Shown piece by piece: positions 45,753-54,393 of a stretch of 64,000 nt of DNA. The position numbers and the translations under genes were made by a program. The stretch comes from Candidatus Limnocylindria bacterium (lineage in GTDB: Bacteria; Chloroflexota; Limnocylindria; P2-11E), in assembly GCA_036002305.1 (NCBI GenBank), contig DASYTL010000039.1:185604-249603 (forward strand), in the 5' to 3' direction. Each line of letters begins with the position of its first letter. Positions within the stretch are counted from its first letter, which is position 1. The notes under the pieces were generated by a model. The model searched no databases. It had not been told where the DNA came from and saw nothing but the letters and a program-made list of their open reading frames with translations.

Positions 45753-46451
45753 CAGGTCCTTCGGCATGACCTCCCGGACCGTGCGCGCTCGGGACCGAAG
45801 TAGTTCCGCACGGCGAGCATCGGATTCCGCCCGAAGCACGCCAGCTCATAGGCGGGGCCGCCGATCCCCTGCTGGCTGTGGATGTCGTGCGGCGGCTCGC
45901 CCCACGACTTGTGGTCGTGGACGGGCGTGGCCGTCTCGTGCGCGAAGCGCACGAGCATGAGCGTGAGCCCGCCGTTGTCGCTCTCGAGGATCGCATTCGC
46001 GGCCGTTGTCCCGTGCAGCCCCGGAGGCGACCTGATCGAGAGCGCTGCCGCTCGGACCCACCGCCCTCAGCGCGAGCGGGACGCAGACGACGATCGCGAA
46101 GGCGACGAACATGGGAAGGAGGACGATCAGCGCGTGCCCGGCTCCGGCCAGATCAGGATTGGGCGGTCGACCCCCAGATCAGGAGGGCGGCCCCAGATCA
46201 GATATGCCGATGGTCGCTCGGCAACGAACGGAACTCTGTTCAGGGGGCGATCCGCCGGGCTGTTGATGAGCATCGTGGTGAACGCCGGCGCGGGCCTGGG
46301 TGCCGCCGCGGGAGCCGTCGCGCTCGGACCGTCCCGACCGACGAGGGCGCTCCCGACGGCGAGACAGAGGGCGAACGCGAGCGTGACGGCACCACGTCGG
46401 TCGTGACCGGGCGGCGAGGCCGCCTCGCCTTCCACCTCGACGATCGTGCCG

Positions 46452-47915
46452 CTAGTAACCGACATAGACCACGCGCTCCTCGGTGAAGAAGTCGAACGCG
46501 GCGGTTCCGCACTCGCGGTCGCCGAAACCCGAGTCCTTCACACCGCCGAAGGGCACCTGGGCCTCGCCACCGAGGGTTGGGATGTTCACGTGGAGCATTC
46601 CCGCCTCCGACTCCTCGGCGTAGCGGAACGCCGCGCGGAGATCGTTGGTGTAGATCGACGACGAGAGCCCGTACCCGACCGCGTTCGCGGCCGCGACCGC
46701 CGACTCGAGGTCATCGGCCGGGATGACGCTCACGACCGGCCCGAAGATCTCGTCCTGCGCGAGCGGCATACGCGGGTCGACATCGGAGAAGATCGTCGGC
46801 TCGACGAAGTAGCCGGCCTTGAGATCCGGGCGGCTCGGCGCGCCGCCATCGCGCAGCAGTCTTGCTCCCGAGCGCTTGCCTTCGTCGATCTTCGCCCGGA
46901 CCTTCTTGAGCTGTGTCTCGTCGACGATCGGCCCCATGCGGACGCCCGTCTCGAGCCCGTCGCCGGCGCGCCATGACTCGGCCTTGCCCGTGAGTAGCTT
47001 GTTGAACTCGGACAGGACCGAGCGCACGACGACGGCGCGGCTCGTGGCGGTGCAGCGCTGGCCGGTCGCGCCGAACGCGCCGACCGCGACGGACTCGGCG
47101 GCCTTCTCGAGGTCGGCGTCCGCCATGACGATCACGGCGTTCTTCCCGCCCATCTCGAGCTGGACCTTGCACAGGCGCTCGGCGGCCTGCGCGTAGAGGC
47201 GGCGTCCGACGGCCGACGACCCGGTGAAGGAGATCGCCTTCACGCGCTCGTCGGAGGTCAGCGCGCGCGACAGCGCCTCTCCCGCGCCGAGCACCATGTT
47301 GAGCACGCCATCGGGCAGGCCGGCGTCGACGAAGCACTGGACGACCTGCACCGCGCAGAGCGGCGTCAGCGAAGCCGGCTTGAAGACCACGGTGTTCCCG
47401 GCGACCAGCGCCGGCGCGATCTTCCACGCCGGGATCGCGATCGGGAAATTCCAAGGTGTCACACACGCGACCACGCCGAGCGGCTCGCGGACCGTATAGA
47501 TAAAGGTGCGCCGCTGGGCCGAGGGTATGGTCTCGCCGGTCAGGCGTGTCCCCTGAGCCGCCGCGAACCGGACGTTGGCGATCGCCCGGTCGACCTCGGC
47601 GAGCGACTCGGCGAGGACCTTGCCCTCTTCCCGCGTGAGGAGGCGCGCGAGCTCCTCGCGGCGGCGCTCCATGATGTCGGCGGCCTTGCGCGCGATGTCG
47701 CCGCGCTGCGGCGCCGGTGTCGCGCGCCACTCGCGATAGGCGCCGGCCGCCGCGTCGATCGCGTGGCGGACGTCCTCGGCGGTCGAGAGTGTCGCCTCGG
47801 CAAGGACCTCGCCGGCGTGGGCGGGGTTGCGGTCCGCGATCGTCTCGCCCGACGAGGAGCCCACCCAAGCGCCGCCAATGTGGTTGAGGACGGGGAGCGT
47901 CGCGGTCGCCACCAT
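46452..47915 (-). CDS. NAD(P)-dependent aldehyde dehydrogenase (malonate/methylmalonate-semialdehyde dehydrogenase-like)
   Basis: 487-aa ALDH with catalytic Cys region (GQRCTA) and Glu region (LEMGGKNA). Its start overlaps the upstream hydrolase stop by 1 nt. Confidence 0.9.
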   Translation of the reverse strand: MVATATLPVLNHIGGAWVGSSSGETIADRNPAHAGEVLAEATLSTAEDVRHAIDAAAGAYREWRATPAPQRGDIARKAADIMERRREELARLLTREEGKVLAESLAEVDRAIANVRFAAAQGTRLTGETIPSAQRRTFIYTVREPLGVVACVTPWNFPIAIPAWKIAPALVAGNTVVFKPASLTPLCAVQVVQCFVDAGLPDGVLNMVLGAGEALSRALTSDERVKAISFTGSSAVGRRLYAQAAERLCKVQLEMGGKNAVIVMADADLEKAAESVAVGAFGATGQRCTATSRAVVVRSVLSEFNKLLTGKAESWRAGDGLETGVRMGPIVDETQLKKVRAKIDEGKRSGARLLRDGGAPSRPDLKAGYFVEPTIFSDVDPRMPLAQDEIFGPVVSVIPADDLESAVAAANAVGYGLSSSIYTNDLRAAFRYAEESEAGMLHVNIPTLGGEAQVPFGGVKDSGFGDRECGTAAFDFFTEERVVYVGY

Positions 47916-48754
47916 CAGGGCTTGACCATGTCGCCGTACATGTCGGGACGGCGGTCCCGATAGAACTGCCAGGTGTTACGGACCTCGCGCACCAGGTCCA
48001 TCTCGAGGTCGGCGACGATCAGCTGCTCATCCTTCTCGGAGGCTTGCGCGACGATCTTGCCTCGCGGGTCCGCGAAGTAGCTCGAACCGTAGTACTCATT
48101 CGGACCGAACTCCTTCTCCTGCCCGACGCGATTGATCGTGCCCACCCAGTAGCCGTTGGCGATGGCGTGGGCGGTCTGCTCGATGAACCAGAGGTGCATC
48201 GAAAGCCCGCGTGAGGTCGCCGACGGGATGAACACGAGCTCGGCGCCATGGAGACCGAGCAACCGCGCGCCCTCGGGGAAGTGGCGGTCGTAGCAGATGT
48301 ACACGCCCACCTTGCCGACCGCGGTGTCGAAGACCGGGTACCCGAGATTCCCCGGGCGGAAGTAGAACTTCTCCCAGAACCCGTTCACATGTGGGATGTG
48401 CGTCTTGCGGTACTTGCCGAGGTACTTCCCGTCGGCGTCGAGGACCGCGGCGGTGTTGTAGTAGATCCCGGTCTGCTCCTCCTCGTACATCGGCACGACG
48501 AGCACCATCCCGTGCTTGCGGGCCAGCTCCTGCATGAGCTTCGTCGTCGGCCCGTCGGGGATCTTCTCGGTGTAGCTGTAGTGCTTGGTGTCCTGGACCT
48601 GGCAGAAGTACGGTCCGTAGAAGAGCTCCTGAAGGCACATCACCTGCGCGCCCTGCTTCGCGGCGTCGGCGATGTGCTTCACGTGCCGCTCGATCATCGA
48701 GTCCTTGTCGCCGGTCCACGCGCACTGGACCAGGGCGGCCTTCACCTTCGTCAT
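47915..48754 (-). CDS. Beta-ureidopropionase-like carbon-nitrogen hydrolase (nitrilase superfamily)
   Basis: Start placed at the internal ATG (MTKVKAALVQCAW), giving ~279 aa. Catalytic E-K-C triad regions (CLQELF; YRKTH; VYICYDRHFPE). GGGGGAG Shine-Dalgarno 6 nt upstream. Confidence 0.85.
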   Translation of the reverse strand: MTKVKAALVQCAWTGDKDSMIERHVKHIADAAKQGAQVMCLQELFYGPYFCQVQDTKHYSYTEKIPDGPTTKLMQELARKHGMVLVVPMYEEEQTGIYYNTAAVLDADGKYLGKYRKTHIPHVNGFWEKFYFRPGNLGYPVFDTAVGKVGVYICYDRHFPEGARLLGLHGAELVFIPSATSRGLSMHLWFIEQTAHAIANGYWVGTINRVGQEKEFGPNEYYGSSYFADPRGKIVAQASEKDEQLIVADLEMDLVREVRNTWQFYRDRRPDMYGDMVKP

Positions 48755-48768
48755 GTCCGCTCCCCCTT

Positions 48769-48850
48769 CACGGGAAAGGATGGCGCGAAGCCGGGTTCCG
48801 CGCCATACCACGACCCTACGCGCGCGGGGCCCTGCCGAGCTCGCCCATTG
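48769..48850. repeat. Copy A of an ~85-bp repeated segment (NCS1 C-terminal remnant + terminator hairpin) in the leader of the ureidopropionase-like gene
   Basis: Minus-strand reading: ...ATGGGCGAGCTCGGCAGGGCCCCGCGCGCGTAG (encodes MGELGRAPRA*), then hairpin GGTATGGCGCGgaacccggCTTCGCGCCATCC plus TTT, then Shine-Dalgarno and ATG. Aligns with copy B at 52624-52711. Confidence 0.75.
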
Positions 48851-49009
48851 TCCGTCCGGTCCAAGGCCAAATGACGCAGTCGGATGCGCCGCAGAACAGA
48901 CGGCAAGATGTCGCCGGCTGGCAGACTTGGATATCCGAGTCCGCGGTCTGAGCGGAGGTGCAGAATGAGGCCAGGCGCCGGCAGGCTGCGGGCCTCCCGA
49001 GGGGGTTCC

Positions 49010-50704
49010 ATGACTCGTCTTCGACGGCTTTTCCTTTCTCTTTCTCTGGTCTCGCTCGTTCTCGGAGCGTGCGCACCGAGCTCGGCCCCACCCGCGGGTG
49101 GGACCGCCTCCACCGGCCCGACGCGAGGCGGCACGCTCATCTTTGCGCTCTGGCAAGAGCCGGAGACGCTGAATCCGCTCTACGCGACGCAGACCGTGAA
49201 CACGCTCGTGAACGAGATCGCGGTCGAAGGACTGACGAGCGTGGACCCTAACGGTGAATACGTTGCCGTGCTGGCCCGCGAGGTGCCGTCCATGCAGAAC
49301 GGCGGACTCAAGGTCTCCGCGGACGGGAAGCGGATGGACGTGACCTATCGCTTGGTCCAGGGCGTGAAGTGGTCCGATAGCGCGCCATTCACCAGCGCGG
49401 ACGTGAAGTTCACGTGGGACCTGCGCATGCGCGATCCCAAAGTCACCTCGCGCACGGGCTACGACAAGATCGAGGGAATCGACACCCCCGATGAGCTGAC
49501 GGTCGTGGTTCGCTACAAGGAGACCTACGCGGCCTTTCCGGAACTGTTCGGGTCGCTCCTCCCCAAGCATCTGCTAGACGGCGTGCCCGACCTCAGCAAG
49601 CACGATTACACGCGGCGGCCGCTCGGAACCGGTCCGTTCCGCATCAGCGAGTTCATCGCCGGCGACCACATCACCGCCGAACGAAATTCGAACTACCGCG
49701 TGCGGGACCGTCCGTTGCTCGACAAGGTCATCTTCAAAATCGTCCCCTCCCGTGAGGCTGCGATCGCGCAGCTCAAAGCAGGCGAGATTCACGGAATGTG
49801 GAACGTCCTCGAAGCGCAGGTCCCCGATCTCGAAAAGGATCCGAGCATCAAGGTGAGCAGCGTGGCCACCGGGCGGCTCGAGCGCCTCGAGTTCAATCTC
49901 GCGAAACCCGGGAACCCCGCCGATCCCAAAGTGCCGCATCCGGTACTTGGAGACCTCGCGGTGAGACGAGCGCTGCTCCTCGCGACCCCGAAGCAGCAGA
50001 TCATCGACAAGCTTCTGTACGGCCAGGCCAAGCCCGGCCGAAGCGCGCTATCGATCGGCTGGGCCGCGTCGAAGGACGTCGATCAGGAGGGCTACGACCC
50101 CGCGAAAGCTAAGCAGGTCCTCGATCAGGCCGGCTGGCTGCCCGGCCCGGACGGAGTGCGGGCAAAGGACGGAATCCGGGCCAGCCTTCGGCTGTCCACC
50201 ACGTCGGGCGACAAGGTCCGCGAGGACGCGGAACAGCTCCTCGTCACCGAGTGGAAGAACATCGGTATCGAGGCGAAGATCCAGAACTCGCCCTCATCGG
50301 TGTTCCTCGGGACGTGGGCGCAGAACGCGCCGCGGCCCCGCGGGGACTTCGACATTGCGATGTACGCGTCGACACCGGACCTCGACCCCCAGGTCTACCT
50401 GGCCGTGCGCTTCCAGTGCGCGCAGATCCCGCAGACCGCGAACAATGGCGCCGGCCGCAACGTCAATCGTTTCTGTGACCCTCAAGCTGACAAAGCGCTC
50501 GATCAAGCGGGCGCGACACTCGATCTGCAGAAACGGAAGGAGTTCTACGCGCAGTTCCTGCGGATCCTGAACGACAGCGTCGCGAACGTCTGGATCTACA
50601 ACAACAACCGCATCAACGCCTTCCGCGCGAACGTCGGCGGCTATCGGGCAAGCTCGTGGGATGAAATCACGGGGAGCATCGCCGACTGGGACGTGCGCAA
50701 CTAG
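49010..50704 (+). CDS. ABC transporter substrate-binding lipoprotein, family 5 (peptide/nickel/opine type)
   Basis: Internal ATG at 49010 with a signal peptide plus lipobox (LVLGACA). SBP_bac_5 architecture. ~564 aa. Confidence 0.85.
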   Translation: MTRLRRLFLSLSLVSLVLGACAPSSAPPAGGTASTGPTRGGTLIFALWQEPETLNPLYATQTVNTLVNEIAVEGLTSVDPNGEYVAVLAREVPSMQNGGLKVSADGKRMDVTYRLVQGVKWSDSAPFTSADVKFTWDLRMRDPKVTSRTGYDKIEGIDTPDELTVVVRYKETYAAFPELFGSLLPKHLLDGVPDLSKHDYTRRPLGTGPFRISEFIAGDHITAERNSNYRVRDRPLLDKVIFKIVPSREAAIAQLKAGEIHGMWNVLEAQVPDLEKDPSIKVSSVATGRLERLEFNLAKPGNPADPKVPHPVLGDLAVRRALLLATPKQQIIDKLLYGQAKPGRSALSIGWAASKDVDQEGYDPAKAKQVLDQAGWLPGPDGVRAKDGIRASLRLSTTSGDKVREDAEQLLVTEWKNIGIEAKIQNSPSSVFLGTWAQNAPRPRGDFDIAMYASTPDLDPQVYLAVRFQCAQIPQTANNGAGRNVNRFCDPQADKALDQAGATLDLQKRKEFYAQFLRILNDSVANVWIYNNNRINAFRANVGGYRASSWDEITGSIADWDVRN

Positions 50705-50713
50705 CGTGAGCTG

Positions 50714-51667
50714 ATGGGCCGATACGTCGCCCGCCGCCTTCTCCAGGCGGTGCCGCTGTTGCTCGGCATCACCCTGGCGACGTTCCTCATCCTCAAGGCC
50801 GTGCCCGGGGGTCCGCTCGCGGCATACGAAGCAGACCCAAGCGTCACGCCAGAGGACCTCGCGCGGCTCGAGCATGCCTTCGGCCTCGACCGTCCCATCC
50901 CCGAGCAATACCTCGAGTGGCTGGGAAGATTTCTCACCGGCGACTGGGGCTATTCCCTCGCCACGCACCTTCCCGTCTTGCGCATGATTGGGGATCGTCT
51001 TCCGAACACGGTCTACCTCATGGGCACGGTGTACCTGGTCACGCTCCTGATCGCGGTGCCCATCGGCGTGCTCACCGCGGTACGGCAGTACTCGTGGTTC
51101 GACCATCTCGTGACGGGCGCGACCTTCATGGCGTTCTCGACGCCGACGTTCTGGCTCGGGCTGCTCCTGATCATCGTATTCGGGCTGAACCTCCGCCTCT
51201 TCCCGCTCGGCGGGATGGGCACACTTGGGTCGGCATTCGATGTCGGCGACCGGCTGAGGCACCTGGTGCTCCCCGTCGCGACGCTCTCGCTCGTCGGCAT
51301 CGGTCACTACGTCCGCTACCTGCGGGCCAGCATGCTCGAGACGATCGGTCAGGACTACATGCGCACCGCCCGGGCCAAGGGCCTCATGGCGCGCATCGTC
51401 ATCGGTAGACACGCGTTCAAGAACGCCGCCATACCCCTCGTCACCGTCGCCGCGCTTGATCTACCGGAGCTCTTCGTCGGGGCGCTGGTCACGGAGCAGA
51501 TCTTCGGCTGGCCGGGCATGGGTCGGCTCTTCTGGGACGCGGCGACCAGGTCTGACTATCCGATCCTCATGGGGATTCTCACCGTCGCGAGCACGCTCGT
51601 CATCTTCGCCAATCTGCTCGCGGATGTGGTGTACGGCTATCTCGACCCGCGGATCCGATACTCCTGA
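50714..51667 (+). CDS. ABC transporter permease (DppB/OppB-like)
   Basis: 317 aa, 6 TM, with the EAA-type motif region (RTARAKGL). Confidence 0.9.
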   Translation: MGRYVARRLLQAVPLLLGITLATFLILKAVPGGPLAAYEADPSVTPEDLARLEHAFGLDRPIPEQYLEWLGRFLTGDWGYSLATHLPVLRMIGDRLPNTVYLMGTVYLVTLLIAVPIGVLTAVRQYSWFDHLVTGATFMAFSTPTFWLGLLLIIVFGLNLRLFPLGGMGTLGSAFDVGDRLRHLVLPVATLSLVGIGHYVRYLRASMLETIGQDYMRTARAKGLMARIVIGRHAFKNAAIPLVTVAALDLPELFVGALVTEQIFGWPGMGRLFWDAATRSDYPILMGILTVASTLVIFANLLADVVYGYLDPRIRYS

Positions 51668-52572
51668 TGGCCGGGCAGGCCACGGCAATCGGCATCGGCC
51701 CTGCGCCGCGTACCGCGCAACGCAGTCAGTGGGAGATGGCGCTCGAGCGCTTTCGCGCGCACCGGCCGGCGACCGCCGGCCTCCTGGTGCTCGGCGCACT
51801 CGCCCTCCTGTGCGCTGCCGCGCCGCTCGTTTCGCCCTACGACCCCGAGTCGGTGAAGCTCTCGCTCATTCACGAAGGCCCGTCGCTCGCGCATCCGTTC
51901 GGGACCGACTCACTGGGGCGTGATCTGGCGACGCGGATCCTCTACGGCGGCCGCGTCTCGTTATCGGTCGGGCTGCTTACGGTGACGGTCGCCATCTCGG
52001 TCGGGACGCTCGTCGGCACGATCGCCGGGTATTACGGCCGCTGGCCCGACAGCGTGCTCATGCGGCTCGTCGACATGATGTATTCGTTCCCGCGGCTCTT
52101 CCTGCTCATCCTGTTTGGGGTCTTCTTTAAAGGCATGACCCTGGGCGTGATCGTCGTCGTCCTGGGGTTGTTGTCATGGATGACGACCGCGCGCCTCGTC
52201 CGTGCGTCTTTCCTCTCGCTCAAGCATCGTGAGTTCGTCGAGGCCGCGCGCTGCGTCGGCGCGCGCGACCGACGAATCATCGTCCGCCATATCCTTCCCA
52301 ACTCACTGGCCCCCATCATCGTCGCGGCCACTCTGGGCGTCGCATCCGCGATCATCGCCGAGAGCACGCTGTCGTTCCTCGGTCTCGGGATCCAGCCGCC
52401 CACGCCGAGCTGGGGGAACATGCTGAAGGACGCGCCCAGCGAGATGAATCTCGCCCCGTGGGTCGCGATCTTCCCCGGTCTTTTCATCTTCCTCGCGGTC
52501 GTATCGATCAATTTCATCGGCGACGGTCTTCGTGACGCGCTCGATCCGCGCCACGTCACTAGGCGCGGCTAG
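51667..52572 (+). CDS. ABC transporter permease (DppC/OppC-like)
   Basis: 301 aa. N-terminal OppC-type extension and conserved LGTDSLGRD motif. Its start overlaps the upstream stop. No ATPase gene follows. Confidence 0.9.
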   Translation: MAGQATAIGIGPAPRTAQRSQWEMALERFRAHRPATAGLLVLGALALLCAAAPLVSPYDPESVKLSLIHEGPSLAHPFGTDSLGRDLATRILYGGRVSLSVGLLTVTVAISVGTLVGTIAGYYGRWPDSVLMRLVDMMYSFPRLFLLILFGVFFKGMTLGVIVVVLGLLSWMTTARLVRASFLSLKHREFVEAARCVGARDRRIIVRHILPNSLAPIIVAATLGVASAIIAESTLSFLGLGIQPPTPSWGNMLKDAPSEMNLAPWVAIFPGLFIFLAVVSINFIGDGLRDALDPRHVTRRG

Positions 52573-52623
52573 TTGCGCAGGCGCGCTCTCCAGAGGTGCC
52601 GCTTCATGTCGACGTGCCGTCTC

Positions 52624-52711
52624 ACGGGAAAGGATGGCGCGAAGCCGCGCTTCGCGCCATCCCGCCTTGCTATGCGCGCGCCGGCGCCCGACCCATCTCG
52701 CCCATAGCCTC
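52624..52711. repeat. Copy B of the ~85-bp repeated segment (authentic NCS1 3' end + terminator)
   Basis: Aligns with 48769-48850 along its length with a few indels. Here it covers the true NCS1 C-terminus (GEMGRAPARA*) and its terminator. Confidence 0.75.
52627..52663 (-). terminator. Rho-independent terminator of the NCS1 permease gene
   Basis: GGATGGCGCGAAGC-gcg-GCTTCGCGCCATCC is a perfect 14-bp stem, followed on the minus strand by TTTCCC. It lies ~7 nt after the stop codon. Confidence 0.7.
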
Positions 52712-54304
52712 TCCCGTCTGCTCGGCGATGTAGCGCCGGCCGAAGAGGGTCATGAGCACGTAGTAAGAGATGAGCGCCGTCGAGAAGCTCCAGAACCATG
52801 ATCCGGTCTGAAGCCAGTCCAGCCACGACCCGGCGTAGCCCTCGATGACGAGCTTGTCCGGGGCGATCACGTGGAACCACCCGATGAAGGGCGGCAGGAT
52901 ACCGATGAGGAGCGCGATGATCGCGTACGGGTTGACGCCCCAGGAATTGCGATAACTGTAGACGCCGTTCTCGCGATAGAGATCGAGCAAGTTCAGACGC
53001 TGACGGCGGAGCAGCCAGTAGTCGGCGATCATGATGCCGCCGATCGCGCCAAGGAAGCCGCCGTATCCCGAGAGCCACGTGATCGCGTAGGACAGGGCGT
53101 TGAAGAACAACACCCACGGCTGGAGCAGCGTGCCGATCGCCGCGGTGATGATCACGCCCCAGGCCCAGTTGAGTCGCTTCGGGGCCACGTTTTGGAAGTC
53201 GTTCGCGGGCGCGATGACATTTGCGCCGATGTTCGTCGAGAGCTGCGCGAGTACGACGAAGATCAGCGCGAGCACGATGATGATCGCGCCGAGGTCGTTG
53301 TTCAGCTTCGCGAACAGGTTGATCGGGTTCCAGAGGTCGTTCGACGTCCCGAGCTGGTTCGCAGTGTCCTTGAGTGTCTCCGAGTAGGCGGCGATGCCGC
53401 CCGCCGTGACGAGGACGCCCATACCGCTGAAGAACGCCATCGTGCCGACGAGGCCGACGGCCTGCCCGATCATCTGACGGGTCTGCTCCTTGGCGAATCG
53501 CGTGACGTCGGAGATGTTCAGGGCCATCGTGGCCCAGAAGCCGACGTTGATGTTGAGGAGCAGGAACCAGAAGTACGCTCCGCCGCCGAGAGGCTTATCC
53601 GGCGTCAGCTGGAACGTGAACATCTTGTCGAATCCGACGCGTAGCCCCAGGTAGACAAATAGGAAGAGCGTGAACGCGAGCAGGAACGGCGCCGACCAGT
53701 CGAACATCGCCTTGATCGCCCGCGATCCCTTCCACGGAGGCGCGATGATCGCGAGCCAGACCTGAACGATCAGAAAGAGCGCGAACATAGACATCTGGAA
53801 GGGACCCGGCAGGACGAACCAGTCGACCTTCGTCGGCGGGTCTTTGAATCCTGGGAACAGGATGCCGACGAGGACGTACATCGCGTAGCCGCCGAGCCAC
53901 GACTCGATGCCGAACCATCCGCACGCGACGATCCCGCGCATCAGGGCCGCGATATTGGCGCCCCATGTCCCGAATGACGCGCGCACGAAGACCGGGAATG
54001 GGATCCCGTACTTCGCGCCGACATGCGAGTTGAGCAGCAGCGGCACGGTGACGATCGCGTTTCCGAGGATGACGACGAGGATCGATGTGAGCGGATCGAA
54101 GCCGAAGACCAGGCCGATGTTCGCGAGGCTCCACGACGGGATGACCACGGAGCATCCGACCCAGAAGGCGAGGAACGAGTAAAGGCCCCAGTTACGCAGC
54201 CGCGCCGGGGTGGGCGCGAGGTCCCGGTTGTAGAGCTGCGACCTCGGCAGGTCGCTCGAGAGCTCGTGTTTGCCCTCGGGCGTGATGACGACGCTTGCTG
54301 TCAT
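52670..54304 (-). CDS. NCS1-family nucleobase/hydantoin:cation symporter
   Basis: 544 aa, 12 TM, NCS1 pattern (GANIAALMRGIVACGWFGIESWLGG). GGGGGAGG Shine-Dalgarno 6 nt upstream of ATG 54304. Adjacent to dihydropyrimidinase-type catabolic genes. Confidence 0.9.
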   Translation of the reverse strand: MTASVVITPEGKHELSSDLPRSQLYNRDLAPTPARLRNWGLYSFLAFWVGCSVVIPSWSLANIGLVFGFDPLTSILVVILGNAIVTVPLLLNSHVGAKYGIPFPVFVRASFGTWGANIAALMRGIVACGWFGIESWLGGYAMYVLVGILFPGFKDPPTKVDWFVLPGPFQMSMFALFLIVQVWLAIIAPPWKGSRAIKAMFDWSAPFLLAFTLFLFVYLGLRVGFDKMFTFQLTPDKPLGGGAYFWFLLLNINVGFWATMALNISDVTRFAKEQTRQMIGQAVGLVGTMAFFSGMGVLVTAGGIAAYSETLKDTANQLGTSNDLWNPINLFAKLNNDLGAIIIVLALIFVVLAQLSTNIGANVIAPANDFQNVAPKRLNWAWGVIITAAIGTLLQPWVLFFNALSYAITWLSGYGGFLGAIGGIMIADYWLLRRQRLNLLDLYRENGVYSYRNSWGVNPYAIIALLIGILPPFIGWFHVIAPDKLVIEGYAGSWLDWLQTGSWFWSFSTALISYYVLMTLFGRRYIAEQTGEAMGEMGRAPARA

Positions 54305-54393
54305 GGCAACCTCCCCCTCTTCATGAGCAGCCAGTAGCAGGCGCTACGGAACCCGGCCATCACCCCCTCCCGTCGAACTCGCGCTCGGCCGGG

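Noticed and set aside
52569-53117. Track ORF 52569..53117 (-) starting MKRHLW right after the repeat copy B, by analogy with the ureidopropionase start after copy A
   Set aside because: The ATG after copy B is followed by only a few codons before running antisense through the NCS1 gene. The product has no family features. It is interpreted as a duplicated leader relic, not a gene.
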